A DNA stretch of 64,000 nt from Okamejei kenojei (lineage: Eukaryota). The notes beneath the pieces were generated by a model, which was not told the DNA's origin, searched no databases, and was given only the letters and a program-made list of their open reading frames with translations. Shown piece by piece: positions 62,301 through 64,000 of the stretch. The stretch is from contig CM069170.1 in assembly GCA_035221665.1 (NCBI GenBank), forward strand, positions 434,001 to 498,000, read 5' to 3'. Within the stretch, counting starts at the first letter, position 1, and the number at the start of each line of letters is the position of its first letter. The translations under genes and the position numbers were made by a program.

Positions 62301-63042
62301 ACAACAGGTGCAGGATGAGGCCATTCGGCCTTTCGAGCCAGCACCGCCATTTAATGTGATCATGGCTGATCATCCCCAATGAGTTGCCCGTTCACGCCTT
62401 CTCCCTATATCCACTGACTTCGCTATCTTTAAGAGCCCTATCTAGCTCTCTCTTTAAATCATCCAGAGAACCGGCCTCCACCGCCCTCTGAGGCAGAGAA
62501 TTCCACAGACTCGCCACTCTCTGTGAGAAAAAGTGTTTCCTCGTCTCCGTTCTCAATGGCCTAAATGCATACGCAAACAAACTAGTGTATGTGGTATGTA
62601 CCTTGTTTAGGTTCCTACCATTGGGCTCAACAAATTGATATGTTATTTGTGTTCCCTTTCATGACCCCCCGGCAAAGCCCCAAACGACCCCCAGGTTAAG
62701 AACTAAGAACCACTGCCATAGATGCTGCCTCACCCCGCTGAGATTCTCCACCAATATATGTTTACCTTCGATTGCTCCAGTATCTGCAGTCCTTCCTAAA
62801 CATGATCTGAATGGTGTCAGGTTAGGAAAAGGGGAAGTACAACGGGATCTGGGGGTCCTTGTTCATCAGTCACTGAAAGTAAGCATGCAGGTACAGCAGG
62901 CAGGAAGAAAGCGAATGCATTCTTCAATAGACAATAGGTCTTCATACAGCGAGGAGTTGAGTATAGGAGCAAAGGGAAAAGGCAGACAAAAGTGTTGGAG
63001 AAACTCAGCGGGTGCAGCAGCAGCTATGGAGCAAAGGAAATA

Positions 63043-63074
63043 GGCAACGTTTCTGGGCGAAACCCTTCTTCAGA
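63043..63074 (-). ncRNA. Hammerhead-like motif in solo PLE terminus (best-preserved core)
   Basis: Minus strand: T-CTGAAGA-A-GGG-TTTCG-CCC-A-GAAAC-GTT-GCC. Confidence 0.55.
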
Positions 63075-64000
63075 GCAAAGAGAAAAGAGAAAATCTGGAT
63101 ATCTATGTATCTATTTATCGCACTTCCGGGTCATCCACCACACACCCGGAAACATCTAGTTATCGATGTGTCTATTTATCGCACTTCCGGGTCATCCACC
63201 ACACATCCGGAAACATCTAGGCATAGGACCACGCTTGCAACGGAATAATGTTTTCAAATACACTTTCAAAACATCAACCACTCTGCCAAAACATCAATCG
63301 CCCGTCTAACTGAGATCACTCTTCTAAAACGATAATGACGCTTGTAACTCATCAATAACACTTCTGAACACATCAGCTACACTTCCAAAACATCAGCCAC
63401 ACGTCCAACACATCAATCACTCTTCTAGAAGCATCATCAACCCTTCAAATACATCAACCTCTATTACTTCAGTCCCCCTTCTGAAATATCAGACACATTT
63501 CTAACATATTAATCATCCTTCAAACATACCAGGAACCCAACTAACAGGTCCACCAGACTTCAAAAACATATTCGTCACTTTCAACGCACCAATCACCCTT
63601 TATACATATCATTCCTCCTGTATCAATGCGTATAACCACCGTCCACTCTCCGAACAAGTAGAATATGCGAGGACATTTCACAATTAAACACTCTTTAAAC
63701 TTGACCTCACTTCTAACCGAACAGTCACACCTCAGACACACCAATGGCCATTCATCACATCGGCCATACCTGTAACAGCTCACGGCCGCTACTAACACAT
63801 CTACCGCGCTTCTAACAGCCCAGTCTCCCGTCTAACTCATCAACAACACTCACAACAGACCAAGCGCCCATCTAACGCTAATAACAACCCTTGTAAAACA
63901 TCAACCATACTCCGAACGCATCCGTTAGCCTTATAACACACCCGTCATGCTTCTAACGCATCACCTGCGCTTCCAAAACATCAACCACTCTTCCAAACCG

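Larger units (their letters stand above)
46490..64000. repeat. Composite macrosatellite, ~7 units of ~1.8-3.4 kb: [inverted satellite B]-CR1 3'(-)-hAT end-PLE(+)-CR1(+)-tail-PLE with hammerhead(s)(-)-61-bp unit x2-satellite B(+)
   Basis: The CR1(-) tail marker occurs at ~46490, 48310, 50440, 53850, 57240, 59770 and 62285. The junction CTCACTCCTCTGG occurs at ~50114, ~53497 and ~56891 (period ~3.39 kb). Confidence 0.92.

Overview
This is eukaryotic, gene-free, repeat-saturated DNA. The CR1/HER1-type LINE ends, Rex1/Babar ends and Penelope-like (PLE) termini suggest a cartilaginous fish, probably a skate or ray (inference). Positions ~1-38240 are a CpG-bearing ~20-21 bp satellite (AAACTCTTCAACCGCCCTGC) with kb-scale higher-order repeats, a recurrent ~115-bp cassette, a 3.2-kb inverted block and captured TE fragments. 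One captured fragment is a PLE 3' end with a hammerhead-like motif, co-amplified 8 times. Positions ~38240-46180 are a nest of truncated CR1, Rex1/Babar, PLE and hAT fragments. From ~46180 to the end, a mosaic of those fragments plus a second ~20-bp satellite is tandemly amplified as a ~2-3.4 kb macrosatellite, interrupted by a 500-N gap. No intact gene or complete TE ORF is supported; almost all listed ORFs are translations of the satellite. The most notable signals are the hammerhead-like cores in every macrosatellite unit, the reconstructable origin of that macrosatellite, and an apparent insertion hotspot. All coordinates were read by eye and are approximate.
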